64,000 nucleotides of DNA, from assembly GCF_009914755.1 (NCBI RefSeq), contig NC_060934.1; one strand, 5' to 3'. This DNA comes from the human T2T-CHM13v2.0 reference genome, Homo sapiens. The notes under the pieces were generated by a model. The model was not told where the DNA came from, did no database searches, and worked only from the letters and a program-made list of their open reading frames with translations. Below, one piece after another: positions 41,091 through 55,367 of the stretch (position 1 is its first letter; each line of letters opens with the position of its first letter). Made by a program: the position numbers and the translations under genes.

Positions 41091-42402
41091 TAGAAACATC
41101 CCCTGCCGTGGACTCATATTGTGCAGACACTATTGAACTTACACATTCTTAGGTCCCCTTTTGTTTGTTTGTTTTGTAAATAAAAACCATTATTTGTATT
41201 TCTTTATTCAATGATTTATTTCTTGTCTTCATTCCTGAAAGGATTTAAGGTGTCTCTTAAAAATATAATGCCATATGTAAACTAGCAAAGGGATAGTATG
41301 AATAGGGAAACTATGGACAGACAAAAGTTTATACTGGCCATAAAATGCATTCCAGAATGTCCTGCAACCTTGCTATAGGTGACCCACACATGTGGCTGGG
41401 TTTCCTAGCAACAAGAAGAAAGGAGGTAACATCATTTGCATGTCAGGGTGCCCATAAAGAAAGCACAAGCCAGTGGCTCAGGACAGGCATAGCTATTTCT
41501 GGTACTGAGACCTAAGAGAAATATTCCTCATAGGTCTTGATAGAGGACACTAGGTGATGTAGCTCTCAATGACATCCTTAGAGCAAACACAGTCCATTTC
41601 CTAAGAATTTAGGTTGCTTTCAAAGTCCCTGAACTGTTGCTGATCTTATGCCCTATCCAGCGTGATGGTTTTGGCAATTGATTTTTTTGTGACAAATACT
41701 TATCCCTGCTACATTTTAATGTGTATTTTAGGGAATTCATATTGAAAAAGGAAAATTGAGAAGCTGAATGAGAGCACCCATTTCACTCAGTGTCCCATAG
41801 GGCGCCCTTTGATTTTGGAAATTGTCTTGATATTCATCCCATTTGCAGTTGGATCACATTCTTATAACATTCCCCCGGGGCCCTGTTATTATTGTTATAT
41901 TTTAAAATGAAACATGTTTTGAGGCCAGGGACATTTGTAAGAGGCTCTCTGTTCTGATTTTTAGTTCCAGGCAGGTCTAGCTAGAACCTGGGATTATGCA
42001 GGGCATCTGTCCCTCTGAGGTATAGAACAACCTCTACTCTCCTGAAGCCCTAGATCCCAAATGTCTCCATCCAGGTACAAGCAGAAGGGAAGGGTGGGGC
42101 TGTTTCCATATGACAGCCTGAGAAGCTCCTGTGACAGGGAGAGAAGATAGCCTGGTGGAATTCCTCTAGTCAGGGACGTGGGCAGGGTGGAGGGATTCTC
42201 ATGTGGATGGAAGTAATACACTAACCTGAGTGAATGCTCACACACCTTCATGTGCTGGGCACCAGGGCCCTCGCCCTCTCACTGCTCCTCCAGCTGGGCC
42301 TGCTGGCAGTGAGGCTATATCTCTACCATCTGCTCAAAACTACTCACACTTATTTCAGTGTAGCTCGGTCATTCTAACAGCTCATTTTGTGTTTTGGCCT
42401 CA

Positions 42403-42849
42403 GTGATTTTATGTGTCAATGGCCAGATATTTGGTCAAACATTATTCTGGGGGTTTCTATGAGGGTGTTTTTGGATACGATTAGCATTTACATTCATGGA
42501 CCGAGTAAAGCAGATTGACTTTCCCAATGTGTTAAAGGCCTGGAAGGGACAGAAAGGCTGGCCCTCCCACCAGCCGCCAGTAAGAGAGACCTACTGCCTG
42601 ACAGTCTTCATGCTGGGCATTGGCTTTTCCTGCCTCTGGACTCAGACGAAATGCGAAGTCTTCCTGCCTCTCAAGCCGGCTGGCCTTCTGACTGCAGCAC
42701 CAGTGGCTCTCCAAGGTCTCTGGATTACTGCTGCAGGTCTGGGGGCTTCTCAGCCTCCACAGCCATGTAAGCCAATTCCCATGCTAACTCTCTGCATCTA
42801 TGTGTGCCTCCTATTGGCTCTGTTTCTCTGGAGAACCCTGACTCTAATG
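42403..42849 (+). mobile_element. MLT2 (ERVL) solo LTR
   Basis: attttatgtgtcaa...ccagatatttggtcaaacattattctggg...gtaaagcagattgac...cctattggctctgtttctctggagaaccctgact. Confidence 0.88.
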
Positions 42850-43112
42850 GGCAAAACTGACTGCTTTTCGACTCATTACCTCCCCCATGCCCCCACAGCA
42901 GACTCTGTGCTGGGGTCAACAGCCTTGGTTGCTCTGTCCACCCACCCTTCAGCACTGCTTGTGGTCAGTCCATGCAGAGGGAGCGGTCTGGGCTTAGGTT
43001 TGGAAACATCTCTTTGTCATCCCAGCAACTTACTATGTGCTTTCTTAATCTTCATCAGTTTCTTCCTGCATCTGCACAGGCCATCCTAAAGCACTAAACC
43101 TTCTTCTTTGCT

Positions 43113-43416
<304 letters not shown>

Positions 43417-45752
43417 GGTATCTTCCTTCCTCATGTTAATATCAGCCATACGGGTAAGCATTTGTGTCCCCTCTCTGGCAAGCTGCCATACCTGAATTTC
43501 ATGCATTCCAATTTTAACCATCAGTATCTCTAGAGCTTTTTTCATCTCTATGCTTCTCTGAAAGCTTCAAAAATTATTTATTCAGTAAATGTCAGTAAGG
43601 TCCTTGAAAAGAGTGAGGTTTCAGGAGGTGTTTTGAAGGAGAGGAATAGGAGACTTTTTATTCCTGGGGGTTCCCCCATGGTGAAGAAGTTAACATAAAA
43701 GGGCACATAGCATTCGAGTCTGGAACTTGAGATACTCTCCTCCAGACAAATCACCTATTTTCCCAGTGAAAATGGTCACAACTTTACGTTCCACTCTAGA
43801 TAAGAGCGCTCAGGCACAAATCATTCAGGCAACTTTCCCAACTCAGGGTGAGGGGAAAACAAAACTCCAACAATATCTGGGACAGCGAAGTGGGATTGAT
43901 TCAATTTCATCTTGAACTGGGTCATCACTGCTCCCAACCTGCAACAACAAAGAAACAGGGATAGTTTCTATTCTGTTTCCATTTAATGATGACCCAAAAC
44001 AAGAGAAAGGGTACAGCAGAAAGGGTTTATTTATTCTGATGGAAGAACCAGCTGGCAAATCTGCCTCTGTGTGTCTGCAAAGCCCATCTGGGATGAGTCC
44101 ACAGGCCCAGGGTGCTGTGTATGCCTGGCGAGGGTGGCAGCTGCCCAGATCTGCTCTTTCTGCTTGGCAAGTGCTTTGGCTTGGTCCTGAACAAGAACGT
44201 GAACTATGTCAGAAGTTTTAGGGGCACTATCCATCTAAAAACATTATGCACGTGCTAAGCACATATACACTGGTATTTATCATCGTAAGCACATCAAACT
44301 CGAGTGTCTCAATCATCACACGACTCTGTGATATAGAAATTATTATTAACAGTAGCATGATCTCCATTTCCCAGGTGATGTCATTGAGGTTTGAAGAGTG
44401 TAAGTTCCATTTGCAGTAACGGCCTTGAACCTGTCTGAGATCCACTTGGCTCTGTTTGCTCATCAATCCTCTGACTATTGCTCTCTATCACTCCCGTTGC
44501 CTTGGGCATCAGGCCAGGACTACCCAGTGTGACCTGAGTCACTGCTCCTTCTTGGTATGGGAGTACTGATGGTCGCCACATTCAGAGACATCGGGGCTCC
44601 CAGAAGCAGCAGCCTCAGCTTTGGAGAATGGGGTCAACAGCTTCTGGTAGCTGTTCACCTGGAGAAATGGGGGAGAGTGGGAATTCTTTAAAAGATGACA
44701 CATGCTTTGTTATTTCTGGCACTCACGGTGCTGAACTCGTTTCAGCTGAGTAAGCACTAGTGACTCAACTCCAAGGCACACCGTAGACTTCATCTCACAC
44801 TGTGCGGGATGTTTAAGGGTTATTGAGTACTTTCTTTATGGCCCCTTAAGATCTGTGAAATAAATCTCTGCCGTTGGCAAACACACTGAGGGCTTTCCAT
44901 CTCCATGCCCGATTGAAATGTCAAAAGTATGTCAAAAAAGCATAGCTTCTCTTGTTTAGGAGGCTTGATAGAACAAAACCAATGATGAATGCAAACCAGC
45001 TTGAGGCTTTGCCAGGAACCTCTGTGAAAATACATAGACTTCCATCTAGTATTGTTTTTTATATGTTAGCATGGAAACCAGCTTGGTTTACAAGTCTAAG
45101 CATCTAGTAGACATGTGAGATCCTTGGGTGCTCTGAAGTAGCAGTCTGAGGTTCAAGTATCCTCTCTGTATGGAGGGACTGCCCAGAACTCTTCTTCCCA
45201 GGGAGCTCAGTTGCTCAGAAAAGCTGCTGCAGGGGATGGTCTGATTTGGGGACAGCACATTTGGCTTCCTACCTTGTAGTTCTTGGAGACAGGAAATACT
45301 TTGATATGAGTTTAACCAGATCTTTTACATTGCTGTTTTATAGATGAGAAAATTTGAGACCTGGAATGCATTTCTTGCTAAGGTAAAGCAGCTAGGATTG
45401 GTGTGGGAGGCATCCAGAAGGGGATAGGCTCCCTCTAAGTGGGTGATGCACCAAGGGAGGAAGCACAGGGGGCAAGCAATGAGAGCAGGGACCTCCCTTT
45501 GAGTGGAGTGGTGGCATTGGGATGCACATGGACACTATTCATAGAGCTGGGTGAGTGCAGGGCCACTAGTCGTCATGACTGGGTGGGGAGACATCTGAGA
45601 GATGATGAGTCTGCAGAGGGAATGCGGGCAGCCTCTCTTGCGCTTGGGTATTTTCTAAGCTGGGGTGGGTGGGTAATGAGGGGTGCAGTTTGCATCAGAA
45701 GAGCAGAGGAGGCATCTGGAGAGGTGGACATGATGGCTGACTGGGTTTAAGG

Positions 45753-46284
<532 letters not shown>

Positions 46285-47616
46285 GCTTAAGAGTGTGAGT
46301 TAGGGAATATTTTCATTGGCATGCCATGTTAGTTTTCACTTATGTTTTATCAATCTACCATCTAGATTTAAGATTCAGTCTCTCACACTTTACAGTCATT
46401 CCCAGAGAATAGTGTCATGATGTCAGGGGAAAATAGTTTCAAAATATTCCAGCCCATTCTGCCCTTGTTTGGGGCATGGCTCTTTCTCCCAAGCTGGAGG
46501 CAAGCACTCATTCCTTGGCTCCCTAGGGCTCTGTTCTCCTGGGGATGTGAGACTTCACCTCCTCTGGGCCTGATTAATTCACCTCCCACCTCTCACTGCA
46601 GGCTGCCTATTGTTTTGTCCATAGAAAGTACTCGCTGGATGTTTGCAACTGTACCGTGGCCACTGAAGCTACCTAAGGCTGAGATTCCAGACCTTAATTC
46701 CACCGTGTTTCTCTCTGGCTTGAGAAGCATGGTCACATGTACTTTCAGAGCCTGTCTCCATTGGAAAGCTGGAGGAAGAAGGGCAGGAACCCCCTTAACA
46801 GCCATTCCCTGTCTCAGCTCTTTGCCTCCCTGAGCCTCCAGCAGGTGCTCACATTTATGGCGTTAAGACCTCATTGGAAATGGTGCACCCACCTGCTTGC
46901 CCCTGCCCACCTGCAAACTTGTGTTGTGTGCTTCTTGTGCACTCAATCTGTGGCTGTGAACAGGTGGGTGTCTCTAGCACTGTCCTAAGAGACCTATGTG
47001 GTGTGATGAGTGAGGAACCTTTCCTCGCTTAAGTGAGGGGGACAAGCAGGTTCATCCATGGTCACAGGAGATAGACTAAATGCTCTCGTGGAAACACATC
47101 CAGGCTGCGGGTGGGAGTGGAGAGAAAGAAGCCTGGCACTGCATATGGTGGAAGGGCAGCGATGGAGGGTTAGGGAAGGCTACACTTTAAACAGCCCTTA
47201 AAGGAGGCACAGAAGGTGAACAGGTGGAAGGATGTGCCTAGAAGGGATTCTTTCTTCACCTAGAGGAGCATTTAGCCAAGGAAAGAAGCTGTGGCCTCCC
47301 TGCTGCTGCCCAGGTGGCCTGACCCACTCTTCCCATAGCTCTGTCATCCTGGACAGGTGCACCATGGGAGTTTGAAAGTGGTGGATGAAGGTCCTCCTCC
47401 CTGAACCACAAGGCTCTTCACAGTCTGGGTACCACTCAGCTGCCTCATGTCTGCCACCCCCTGCCCTCCCCCAGTTGTAGTCATCTCCTCTAATTCCTGG
47501 TGATGGTAGAATGTTCTCAACTCCTTGGCCACTGTGTGCTGAGCTGTCATGACCTTTCCGTGTTTGGAAAGCATCCTCCTCCTTGAGTGATTTTTCTATC
47601 TGTTAAAGTCACCTTC

Positions 47617-48546
<930 letters not shown>

Positions 48547-49849
48547 TCATCTTCAGTTAGGATGTGAAAGGCTACTTTTTCCATGAAATATTTTACACTT
48601 CCAGGATGGAAATAGCTGCTTTTGTAATCTCATCAGACTGGGGTTTTGCATCAGTGCTCCTTGAGGCCATGCAAGGCATCTAAAAAATATATTTGTATTT
48701 TTGTACCACTCTGTCCACCTAGTGAGTGGACTCATTACTACTGAAATGAGTAGGTAGTAGATGTTGAATGAATGTTGGCTGGTGATGAAGATGATAAATA
48801 GCACAGAAGTCTCATTATATTTTTCAGGAACAAGTGTGAACCTACCAGAAAGACTCATGTGGTTCAAAGAAATTCTGAATGTTTTCAGACTCCCCTCGCA
48901 TTCAGCTTTTAATGATGTTCCTGAACACACAGACCCCCATGGTGCACAGGGGATATTAAAGTTCAAAGAGACATAGAATCAGGTTGAAGATGGTAAGTGA
49001 TCAGACTCCTAGGGGAATGAGAGCATTTCCTCATTTTCGGACTACAGCAGAAATGTCTGTAATCCAGATATTTAAAACTCGGCTGGGTGAAGAGGTGGGG
49101 GAGGTTTCATGGAATAGCCTGGAGTCAGGTCCTGTGGGATGAGGTGGATGTGATTGTGAAGGTCATCTCTGGCCCCCGCGCCTCGGATTCCATGATAGCA
49201 CATCTGCTTTTGATTGCAGCGGGTTCTGAGCCCAGGGCTTAGGGCCCGACGCCATCTGAAGGAGGAAATACTAAGCCTGTCTGCAGGTCTGGACGTTCCC
49301 ACAATGGGACACCAGCTAAGCCCTGTGGCCGCTGGAGAGACACTAGAGCTCTGTCTGGGGCTCCGCTTGTTCTCATAGGCCCCACACGTGGAGGTCTTTG
49401 CAGCCCACGCAGGCCTCTGTCAGACAAATAAAATGAAGCAGGCAGGATGGGAGGTCTGGGAAAATGGACCTAACAGGAGCAGGGGGTGGCTGTGAAAGGG
49501 AGGGTCCATGGTAATGAAGGGGAAGGAGAAGAGTCCGAATCAGACCTGGGCAGTAATCTTGGAGACACCACTCACTGGCCAAATGGGACCTCAGGAGGTT
49601 CCCATTCTTTGTTTGCAGAGTAGAGGGTTACCAAGATATTGCAGAAAAGCGTTTAATGCTGTACCCAGCACCTACCATTCAGTCACCTCTGCCTACTGGT
49701 ATTTGACAACTTAACTCTGGCTTGCTCCATCTGAGGAGACAAAATGACTCTGGATGGATGCTTCCTTTTTGAAAAGAAAGAAGGAAAAATACCCACCCCA
49801 GAGTACTGTTTAGAATAGGGAAGCCTTCTTTGGGTGAGCAGCCTCCCTC

Positions 49850-50110
49850 CCCGCTGGGTGCAGCTGTGAGGGACCCGAATCCTCCAACCACAAGTGCACT
49901 TGCTATGCAGCGAGAGCGAGGTTCACCGAGTCACGTGAGCGGAGGCGGCAAAAGCTGCACAAACACATGGGGCGGGAACAGGCACAAGGAGGTGATGCCG
50001 GCCCCAGGAGGTCCCCGAGGCTGGCTGGGACACGGATCTCTTGGAACGCTGCAGAGAGAAGGACTATGTAAATAAGAGATCAAAACCCAGCCTCGCCGGG
50101 CCTTCGGTGT
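49850..50110. promoter_or_regulatory. Locally CpG-rich unique segment with E-box and GC box; candidate enhancer or promoter
   Basis: Roughly 15 CpGs in 260 bp against a CpG-poor background; GTCACGTGAG at 49930-49939; GGGGCGGG near 49969-49976. Confidence 0.4.
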
Positions 50111-51236
50111 GATGAATGTTTGTCCTGAATGTGCAACAGAAGTCAGACCACCACCATCTTTTGTAGTCTGAGCTTTCAGAGGACCCTAGGGAAAATTCAC
50201 TGGTGTGGGATCTGGGGGATCCTTTCAGATGGCTTGTCTCCACGGTGACTGGACCCACCTTCCAAGGGCAGACAGCCCCCTGCATTTTCAAAGCTCAGCC
50301 TGCTTGCATGACCCCTCCCGAGAAAGGGGCCAGGGAGCACACTGCTTAGAGCTTTCATCATCCAAGGCGGCGCACGGTCCCCTCCCCCACGGCGTGGGAA
50401 TGAGCCCGCTGCCTCCTCCAAATTAGCCTATCATCCCAGGACCACCGACGACCTTGTCTGCCAGCTCAGCCAAGGGAAGTTTAATGGGAAGGAAAACAGC
50501 GTGGCCAGGTGTGCCCAAGGTTATAAAACCCAAATAAGTGTCAGCAGCTCCTCCTCCTTGTTTGCTACCCATCAGGAGGCCACCTCTCTTTGGCAGTTCC
50601 TGATTCAGCCCCTCCCTGCCTTATCAAGAGCATCTTCCCTTAAAGGAGAAAACACAGAACAGAAAACGTCCTCTATTAAATGTCCAAAAATGTGTGGCTT
50701 CTCTGTCTTGCCTTAGTGTGAAACTGACAGGCTGTTATGACTCAAGCAGTCTCCCTGAATGGACAGACAGACAAATAGACACACAAACAAGTGGACAGTC
50801 GGTCAGCCAGTGGATAATCTATTGATGAAAAGATCCCCTGCTGGTTGAAATGGTCCTCTTGATCTAACCTTCTCCATTTCATTATGAGGAATGCAAATCC
50901 TATCATTGCTCTGCGACTATTTATCACTCTGTCTTTTCTGTCAGAGGTGCTGAATCACTGCTCATGCTTGCTGTTTCCTTCAGAAGGCATTAGCAAAGAG
51001 GCTATTTGCCTGAGAATGTTTGATCTGTTCTGTTTTTGCTGTCTGGTCCTCCACCACAGTATCTGGGACCATAAAATGATTCCCAATTCTGTGCCTGAGA
51101 GAAGGTGCTCAGATTGACTCAAGGACCATCCAAAAGGAGAGGCTAAGGCAATCCTGGGAGCCTGGGGGTGAAGCGTGTCAAGCTCAAATCTCAGGTGAGG
51201 GCTGTGGCTGGAAATGGTCTTGGAGGATCTCAGAGA

Positions 51237-51334
51237 TGTGCATGTATATGCACATGTGTTTGTGTGTGTGCACGTGTGTGTGTGTGCATGAGTGTGTGCA
51301 CATGAATATGCATGTGTGTACGTACACATGCATG
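51237..51334. repeat. Degenerate (TG/CA)n alternating purine-pyrimidine tract
   Basis: Read directly. Confidence 0.85.
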
Positions 51335-53524
51335 GGCAGAAGAGCTTGGGCATGATGATTATGATGATGAAACCTGTGACCAGCTTTGCATGGTGGCAAA
51401 TGAGCATTTGTACAGGTGCCAGTCCATGGTCAATTCAGAGTGTCTGGGCATGCAAAGGCCCTACAATGCCTCCTATAAGTACCAGTAAACCACAATGCTG
51501 TTGAGTGTGACTGGATGCCTCGGAGGGTCCCAGGCCCTGAAGGCCTTTCTTTCTATTCTGGTTTCTCTGTGGTGCCTGGCTGGGCATCTCTGAGGTCGGA
51601 AATGTCTGACATCCAAGGCTTCAGATCTCAGATGGGGAAGGGCTTGGTAGACAACAGGCTTCCCAAGGCACGACTGGCCACTTTTGCTGGGTGTACTTTG
51701 GGAAAGTCCTCCTCTCTGTTAGCTCTCTGACACCTATTTCTCAGAATATGATTGCAATACACTAAATAGAATAATGCATGTGACAGCCTTTTAGAGAGTA
51801 AGAAACACAATTCTATATTGGGACTGTTGAGGGCAAATGTACACACACTGAAATCAATCCATCCCCAAGGAAGACATGCCTGAACTATGGAGAAGTACCC
51901 ATCCTAGAGGGTTCAGTATTCAACAGCATCCATTTCTTCCTCAGGGCAAAGACATTTGATCAATTAATTCCTAAAGATTTAACTCTGTTCCACCATGGGA
52001 TGAAGGGTCTTGGTTGGGTTAATAGATGTGAAGGAAGTGGAAGGTCACTTTTGAGTTTGGGGATGTAGTAGGGTGGGCACTCTGGGAAGGTAACTGAGCA
52101 GGGGCTGGAGGCACCCCAAGGACAGGCTGTGTCCCTGGGAGTCCTAGAGAGATGGCGATGTCAAAGCAATCAGGTTACAGTTGCCAAAGGACTTGCTCGG
52201 GTGTTCCCAATAGGCTGGGGTCAGACACATCCCCAGGGAGTTCAGGATGGGTGGGACCAGGCCCTCAGACCCCCAGGGCAACCTGCATCTGAGGATGGGT
52301 TGTCCAAGTCTCCCTAGACAGTGCATCCTCGGGTGTATCCAGGGTCAGGGATGCAGGGTGTTGGTTTCCATCAATTCAAGGCCAGGCTGCACCCTGCTTT
52401 CCTGACCTGGTGGCTCCCGGACACTGATCTTCAGACCCAAGTGTCCCTGCTGCCCTGACCTCATCAAGAGCTCAAGGGCCAAGCCATGCACAGACTCTGA
52501 TGCTGACGGAGAGCCAAGAAGGCTGCTGGCTTTGGTGTTAAAGATCTACCAGTGGTCTTGAAGACCGAGTTTCAGGAATGGGGGCTTCAGGGATCCTAAC
52601 AGGGTCCAGTCTCTTCTGCTCCTTTGTGACTCTCCAGAGTTGCACAAAATCAAAACAACGCAACAGCAGCAACACACAGCAAGGGAGCCTTCGGCGGCCC
52701 CTCTTAAACGCCAAATCCATTCAGTTATTTAATTTGAATAAAAATGATTTTGTTTTGGGCTTTACTCTGGAATCTCTGGTTCCAGGGTGGTATTGTGGCT
52801 GTGAAATGGGAAAGATTAAGGACAAAACACCAGTGGTTAAGAGTGCTAGGTCCTACTTGAGATTGTGGCCTCCAATGTGGAGGGTTTGGGAAAGGAAAAG
52901 TCATATTCCAAGTTCTTGAGGTTTTCATCATGCTAAGCACCCATCCACTTGTCCAGAACTGGAAACCTATTACAGTGTGTCCTTTGTTATTTTTAGAATT
53001 TAAGATGATATTTTCCTATTTTAGTTAATGGCCTGAGAATGAGATATTGGTTGTTTGCAATAAATTGCCTGATTTGGAAGTATTGGTGCAGAGGGACTCT
53101 ATAATTCAAAGTCTTTTTATAGCACAGCTTTTTTTCCTGGTCTGGAGAATTCCTTTAATCAGGTGGTGGGAGTGATTAATGACCCTCTGTGCCTGTGTGC
53201 ACGTGGGGGCTCACATGTCCTGAGAATGGGAAGCTGAGGGGTGGGTAGTCTCATTGCTGCAGAAAAGGAAATCTCAGGGCCACATTCTCCACCCAGAAAG
53301 TGCATGCATCCAATTAAAGCCCTGCCGGGTCCCACCCAGATGCAAATAGGGATGAGTAGATTAATTGTTGGACTGTGCTCAAGGCCACATCCTCAGATGT
53401 GCTGGCCCAACATGCCTCTTTCTGCCCCAAAAAAGCAAAGTCAGGGTAGGGGACAGGGGGTGTAGAGTTTATTCCTCGTCTTTGTTTTTCTTCTTGTTAT
53501 TTCAAAAGGAAAACATTTAACATC

Positions 53525-53990
53525 TTCAATCAACTTTTACTAAGCACTTCTTATGTGTCAGACACTGAGTGGAAGCAGGAGGAGAGATTTTAAAGAGAAG
53601 TCATATTCTATATTCCTCCTAGGGAGTCCACAGTTAGAGAGAGGCTCAAAAACAAACAATTGCAGCAGAAGGTGGGAAGAGCCACTCCAGGGCTGTTGTG
53701 TTGGGCTGCTGATGAGGGCGGGACTCGCCAGAGGAGTTCACCAGGCTGAAAAGGAGAGAAAGGTGTTCTCAGCTGAACTTGGAAAAGATGCAGTTGCATT
53801 GAGGCATGAAAAGCAAGAATGCTCCCCTGCCTGAGAGGATGGAGCCTCAGGCAGGGATGGGCAGGGGGGTGGGACCTAGAACATAGAGGGCTTGTAAGCC
53901 CCAGTGAAGACTGGATTTGCTTCTGCAGGCAATGGGGAGCTAGGGGATGTTGTAAAGCAGTGAAATTAAAGTGGGGCTGACAACTGAGAG
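53525..53990 (-). mobile_element. L2 fragment
   Basis: ttcaatcaacttttactaagcacttcttatgtgtcagacactg...gagggcttgtaagccc...ctgcaggcaatggggagcta. Confidence 0.7.
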
Positions 53991-54024
53991 CTGCACACAC
54001 CTCATCATAAGGATGTGAGAGCTG

Positions 54025-54293
54025 AGGCCAGTGCAGAGTTGGGATAGGCCTTGGGGCATGCGGCTGATGGCAGAATTGGGATAGGACCATGGACACACGG
54101 CTGATGGCAGAGTTGGGATAGGATGGGGGGCATGCAGCTGGTGGGAGAGTTGGGATAGGACTGGGGGCACATGGCTGATGGCAGAGTTGGGATAGGACTG
54201 GGGGCAGGTGGCTGATGGCAGAGTTGGGATAGGACTGGCGGCAGGTGGCTGATGGCAGAGTTGGGATAGGACTGGGGGCAGGTGGCTGATGGC
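54025..54293. repeat. 37-bp G-rich minisatellite, about 7.3 copies
   Basis: Unit ggctgatggcagagttgggataggactgggggcaggt; the gcagagttgggatagg core recurs at 54033, 54070, 54107, 54144, 54181, 54218 and 54255. Confidence 0.97.
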
Positions 54294-55367
54294 TGGCAGG
54301 ACCTAAGTGAGGTCTTGGATCTCCTCAAAGGAGCCTAAATTGGTTAAATCTGGACTTACTATTGCATTCTTTTATCTTTATTAATTCATTCTCTCTCTCT
54401 CTTTTGAAAGAAGTTCTTTCTAATTTTGTTTCCCACGAGTATGTGCCAGGTACCATGTTTCCCCTTGAATCTCACTTTTCAGTGTGTCCTACGTGTACTC
54501 TGTTGGGCACACTGATGTGGGTCTGATGATATTTGTGGGAAGAAGCTTGATCAAATGAAAACACAAGAAAATGATCAGGCTCACCACAAGCTTACCACCC
54601 ATTTTTCAAAGGATACCAAAAAAAAAAAAAAAAAAACAAACAAAGAAAACCATCCATGCTGACCCTCAGAATGTTCCTAAAAGGGGGTTTGGTGCTGCCC
54701 CGACCCTGACAGAGGCTTCTGGCGCTGCCCTCACCTGCGGAGGCACAGACACCAGCCCTCCCACCTGTGACTGTGCCTCCCACAATCCCACAGCCTGGCT
54801 TCCTGTTCACCTGTATCCCTGTTTTAAAAGGTCTCTAATTCACTTTTACAATGGCCTGAGGGTAAACCTCACTGTTCCTGTATCAGTGAGGAGGAAACAA
54901 GGTCATTCCCCTGAAGAAACCAGGGACATCCTCACAACTGAGACGGTGAAACTTTCAGAAGCTGGAGGACACCAAAGCCAGCAGAGCCTCCCCTGGTTCG
55001 TGCTCCCCTGGCCCCCATGGTGTTGTGACACACGAGGCTCCCAAGCTGTGTCCTGAAATGACGTTCCCTTCACATCTCTCCCACACTCAGGGTGTTGGTC
55101 CCCTGCATCAGGGTTGTCAAAACACGTGCCTGTCTGGCCTGCTGCTGAAGCATCCGGCCCCTTCTTGCCATGCCCAGTGTCCAGGCCTGGGGGAGCTCAC
55201 CGCCCCCTGCAGTACTGTAGGGAAAGGCCTGTGAGGACACCTGGGGTAAGCTGTGCTAAGGAGGCTGAAGGGAGGTGGCCAAAGCATTGCTGGAATCTTA
55301 CGGAGTGGAGCAGTGAGGAGAGTTGGGTCTGGAATTAAATAGAACTGAGTTCAAAAACTGGCTCTTC

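Noticed and set aside
54025-54293. CRISPR-like array (37-bp periodicity)
   Set aside because: Head-to-tail tandem units with no unique spacers, no cas genes, primate context.
53608-54328. Repetitive ORFs (PQSYPNSA / PVLSQLCHQ)
   Set aside because: They are translations of the 37-bp minisatellite; the unit is not a multiple of 3.
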